DNA of 64,000 bases from Octopus vulgaris. Taxonomy: Eukaryota. This document shows positions 59,487 through 64,000 of the stretch, piece after piece; position 1 is the first letter of the stretch, and the number at the start of each line of letters is the position of its first letter. The notes under the pieces were generated by a model. That model saw nothing but the letters and a program-made list of their open reading frames with translations. It ran no database searches and was not told the DNA's origin. The translations under genes were made by a program, and so were the position numbers. Where the stretch lies: NCBI GenBank assembly GCA_951406725.2, contig OX597820.1:69254001-69318000 (forward strand), written 5' to 3'.

Positions 59487-60179
59487 TACATACATACACA
59501 CACCGACACACTAACATTTCATTATGTCATGTTTTCTTTGAAAAAATGAAAATAGCTGATGTACTCTGAAAAGAACTCCGATGATATAAAAAGAAAATAA
59601 CAATATAAACCAAACATCACTGCTGATTTTGTTATATGTATACATATATATATATACACACATCATAAATAGTTATAAAAATTTCTATAGCGCACCTACC
59701 TGCATCTACCTAACGTGCACGCACGTTCGTATCCATGGCTTTGTTGCCTATGCATAAATAGATCACTATATACAGATGGCGTTGAATGTTTAATAATTTT
59801 CCTGAAAGAGCAAGCAGACAGGCAGGTAGACAGAGACAGAGAGAGACTTACAGGCAAGGCAAAGCAAGGCAAGGCAAAGTGAAGTAGACTGACAGACACA
59901 CACGAAGAAGAGAAACATTTATTTTTGCTCGAGCTGAGAAATATATATATATATATGCTTATATATTATAAATGAATGAATCTACGAAACCAGTCTCAAA
60001 TCTACTATTTGTGCTATGATTCCTGGAATTTATTACCATGTTAGTTTGGAGCTGGACTATTATCGTTATTAATAACACTTGCACTGGAACCAATATTTCT
60101 AGTGTTTGTTACCGTCTATATACGGAGATCAAAGCAACTAACAAACATATTGTTAGGAGCGTATTAAGCATTCTCCCTA

Positions 60180-60218
60180 ATGAGCGAATATACGGACACC
60201 AGTTACTACGTTACTCAG
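60180..60218 (+). CDS. Candidate short first coding exon (MSEYTDTSYYVTQ, phase-0 donor)
   Basis: ATG at 60180 is followed by 13 complex codons and a strong donor CAG|GTAAGG at 60219. No downstream exon was recognised in the window. Confidence 0.35.
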
Positions 60219-61263
60219 GTAAGGAGAAAGAAATCGTGCGAACACTTCCTTCGGCGACCAAACAGAACGACCCCTTTCGTTCCTTTCAATATATTTTATG
60301 TTTTTCTACACTATTCTTCAGATACATACATACGTACATACACATACGCATATATGTATATGCATACATATTATATATATATTATATATATATATGTATA
60401 TATATCCTTACCGTGCTAGAAAATCATTCTTTTCTTTTTCTGTCTTTCATTCATCATATTTTCTTTCTTTCTTTCTTTCTCTCTTTCTTTCTTTCTTTCT
60501 TTCTTTTTTCTTTCTTTTGTTTATTTTTTTGCTTTCCGTTTTCATTGTTGCGGTGAAACCAGTCCAGATTCTTCCTTTAAATATGCATCAATTTATCAAG
60601 ATGAGCTAGATAGAATTGGCAATGTTTAAGTATCAGTTTGAACAAATTCGTCGAATGTATGGGTATATGATTGTATGTACATACGCACGTACGAATTTAT
60701 GTATTCATATATGTATGCGTGGATGTGTGTATATAAGAACATGCGCGCGTGCACACACACACACACAGACACACACACACACAGATGCATACATATATTA
60801 CTGTAGAAAGTACACCTTCCTAAGTTATATTTTCCAAGTAAAAAATATCAACTATTTCTTTATATATACATATGTATATTTCCCCCTAAATAATAACATT
60901 TTTCATTAAATTACCAGCTTTATGTAAATCACTTTAATAGATACGAAATCGATATCTGGCTAATTTTTTCCTTCCGCTTCCTTTTATATTATTATTGCAT
61001 TTATATTTCATAAATTTGTTTTTAATCAATACATTTAAGAGTGATCAAAATTCGGAAATTCTTGTAGGCACAATATATTATATTTCAGAGAAATATATTA
61101 ATAGATTTGATATTTGAATAATTCTAATGATACCGGTTTACAGAGGAATAGATGCAATGGTTTAATGTTTATAATACGGGACTTTCTATCGATGTATGGA
61201 TAAGACTTAAAAATACTGAAATTTATTTGTTTGAATGCGCGATCGGGTCTGTGTGCATATACT

Positions 61264-61318
<55 letters not shown>

Positions 61319-61429
61319 TTCAAATATATAAACGTTTATATATAATATATATATATATACACGAGCGCACACACATATATAATATACAAATATATAAATG
61401 AATATATATATATAATTAATCCACCCCTA

Positions 61430-61626
61430 CAAAAAAAAAAAGGTAGGAAAAAAAAACAAAAATCCAAGTACGTGGTACTTGCAAGGTATTAGCAGATTCT
61501 CGGGGAAGGAAAGAAAGGTTGTTTTACGTTTCGAGCAAAGCTCTTCCTCAGAAACAGGAGACAGGGAAGTCGAAGAGAAAAGGAAAGACGGAGGAAAAAA
61601 ATCGCCAACAATCCACATGTAGTTAG

Positions 61627-61630
<4 letters not shown>
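61430..61630 (-). mobile_element. Probable Penelope-like element terminal fragment embedded among (TA)n tracts
   Basis: A ~200-bp non-repetitive block carries the hammerhead and abuts (TA)n at about 61631. The association of such motifs with Penelope-like elements is established. The assignment of this copy is inferred. Confidence 0.55.
61520..61556 (-). ncRNA. Minimal type-I hammerhead ribozyme motif
   Basis: Minus strand UGUUU-CUGAGGA-A-GAGC-UUU-GCUC-GAAA-C-GUA-AAACA. It has a 5-bp stem I, intact CUGANGA and GAAA boxes, a 4-bp stem II, a palindromic ACGU stem III and a GUA cleavage triplet. Confidence 0.75.
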
Positions 61631-61671
<41 letters not shown>

Positions 61672-62434
61672 CACACAAAAGTACAGCACAAACATATACG
61701 CATATATAAGACTGATATATATATATATATATTTAGATATACGTTGTATAAATTCACACCTAAACGCATCCATATTCATGCACATTTATATATGTATATG
61801 TATATGTATATATGTATATGTATATGCATTTGTACATATATACATGCGTATTAATATGTATACGGGTGTTCATACATATACTCAAACTTGCATGCACATA
61901 AATATACGCATACACACACAACACATGAATATTTGTATTCCCTAAAATTTCATTAAAGGATTAAATTTACTGGTAATCACTTTTTTCTTCCTTCAGTTTA
62001 ATTAAATTCTCAATTTAGTCTTTACAATAATTAAGTCATCTCTTGGATAAACCGTTAATCACTCGCTTGCTGTAATAAAATTTTAAGGAAAATTTATGCA
62101 AATTAGTTTCCATAAACAAACTATTATAAACCTTTATATGTTTATTGTTCATTTTATAGCTTTTATTTTCCGTTCGAAGACTTAATTCTCCTATTAATTT
62201 GAGAAATCATTGCAGAAAGTTCCTCTTCAAATCCTTTTAACTAATCATCGATCTATTATTTGGTTGATTGTTCATTGAGTTCTCGTTCAAAATGATCGTT
62301 TATTATCGCTGTTTAGAATTCCTCCCTGGTGTACGATAATTATTGCCATCTGTGACTGATAAATTGCGATGAATGGCTAACTATAAAGCTATGTTTTACA
62401 CGCACATAAAAACAACGACAACAAGAATAATATT

Positions 62435-62992
62435 GGTTTGAAATGTTGGCACTAGACCAGTGATTTCGTGGGTGGGATTACACGTTAACCAAGTGCCCAA
62501 CTGGTACTTATTTTATCGACCCCGAAAGGATTAAAAAGTAAAATTGATTTCGGCGGAATTTGAGTCCAGAGAGTAAAGACGGACGAAATGTTGCTAAGAA
62601 TTTTCTCCTGCGTCATCATCATTACCACCACCACAACAACAACAACAACAACCACCACAACAACAACAACAACAACAACAATTTTTCTAATATACACAGA
62701 AGGCATGAAATTTTCTGGGTAGGGTTCTGTCGATTTGTTCGAACTCACTACGTGATTGCTTACTAATAAAAATTGCTTCAAATTTTAGTAGTGCAAAACC
62801 TGCAGTTTTAAAGAGAGGATGTTTGACGATTTCTTCGACATCGGTACTCGACTGGTTCATTATTGTATTGAAGGCGGGGCAATAGAAAGCATTGTTGACT
62901 AAAGAGGGATTTGAACTCTGAATATAAAGATTAAGAACAAAAGCCGCAAAGCAATTTTGCCGACGCTGTAAAATTTTGCTAGCTCACGGTCC
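62435..62992 (-). mobile_element. SINE family B remnants (two to three copies)
   Basis: ctggtacttattttatcgaccccgaaagg at about 62500 and a more diverged copy at about 62775-62990. Confidence 0.72.
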
Positions 62993-63165
62993 TTTAAGGT
63001 ATGCGGGTAATTTTGTACAAGACGGGCATGGTTTGAAAATAAATGCCCCTGGTATATTGCCTGTGCGTATGAATTATGCTAGCGGCATTTGGGCGTGGAA
63101 TACACACATTATACATACACACATAAATACATAAATACGTATATATGCATATATATATATGTATA

Positions 63166-63213
<48 letters not shown>

Positions 63214-63411
63214 TATATATATATATGCCTATATATTTATATATATATGCCTATATATATATCCATATATATGTATATATATTTCCATATATATGTGTGT
63301 GTATATATATATATATATATGGATATACATATGCATATCTATCTATATATATATATATGTGTGTGTGTGCATATGTATATCTATATATATATAAATGCAT
63401 AATTATGTATG

Positions 63412-63502
<91 letters not shown>

Positions 63503-63804
63503 CGCAGACACAGGCATACACACCCACACATGCAGACGGTAAATAAAAGGTGAGATTGTTTATATGATATTCCATATATTTTATTACATCATCTTACATG
63601 CGTTTTATTAAAGAAGGGTGGTAATTTGTTGCATTCTATAGATTTAATAATTACATTTCAATAGACGAACATACACACACACATACACACACACACATAT
63701 ACATGCATACATACATACATACATACATACATACATACATACATACATACATACATACATACATACATGCATGCATGCATGCATGCATAGGAGGATGTAT
63801 TTTA

Positions 63805-64000
63805 TCTTATTCTTATTTCTTCACTGCCCATAAGGGGCTACACACGGAGAAGACAAACGGATTAAGTCGATTATATCGCCCCCAGTGCGTAACTGGTACT
63901 TATTTAATCGACCCCGAAAGGATGAAAGGCAAAGTCGACCTCGGTGGAGTTTGAACTCAGAATGTAGCGGCAGATGAAATACCGCTACGCATTTCGCCCG
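63805..64000 (-). mobile_element. SINE family B, variant 3' tail, cut by the window edge
   Basis: Family B core is present, but the tail (ctgcccataaggggctacacac...) differs from the 54193 copy. Confidence 0.85.

Overview
AT-rich animal genomic DNA, very dense in microsatellites. The interspersed SINE families look like those I associate with Octopus genomes, but this is recognition from memory, not a database match. I see no complete protein-coding gene, rRNA, intact tRNA or CRISPR array. Almost all ORFs in the supplied track are artefacts of (TA)n, (CA)n, (GA)n and trinucleotide runs. Supported content: many copies of two tRNA-headed SINE families (called A and B here) plus rarer SINEs; two decayed 3' fragments of an R4/Dong-type restriction-endonuclease LINE; and a decayed RTE-type LINE. 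The most notable non-obvious signals are: (i) an apparently intact minimal type-I hammerhead ribozyme at 61520-61556 on the minus strand; (ii) a 333-bp fold-back at 24065-24397 whose two arms each carry a degenerate hammerhead; (iii) a ~275-bp inverted duplication of a head-to-head SINE-spacer-SINE unit 11 kb apart (23082-23356 and 34481-34753); (iv) an inward-facing TGAC/GTCA motif array at about 41330-41680; and (v) a candidate 13-codon first coding exon (MSEYTDTSYYVTQ|GTAAGG, 60180-60218) that speculatively resembles exon 1 of Nuclear Factor I. The window reads as intronic or intergenic space. Repeat boundaries are approximate, placed by eye.
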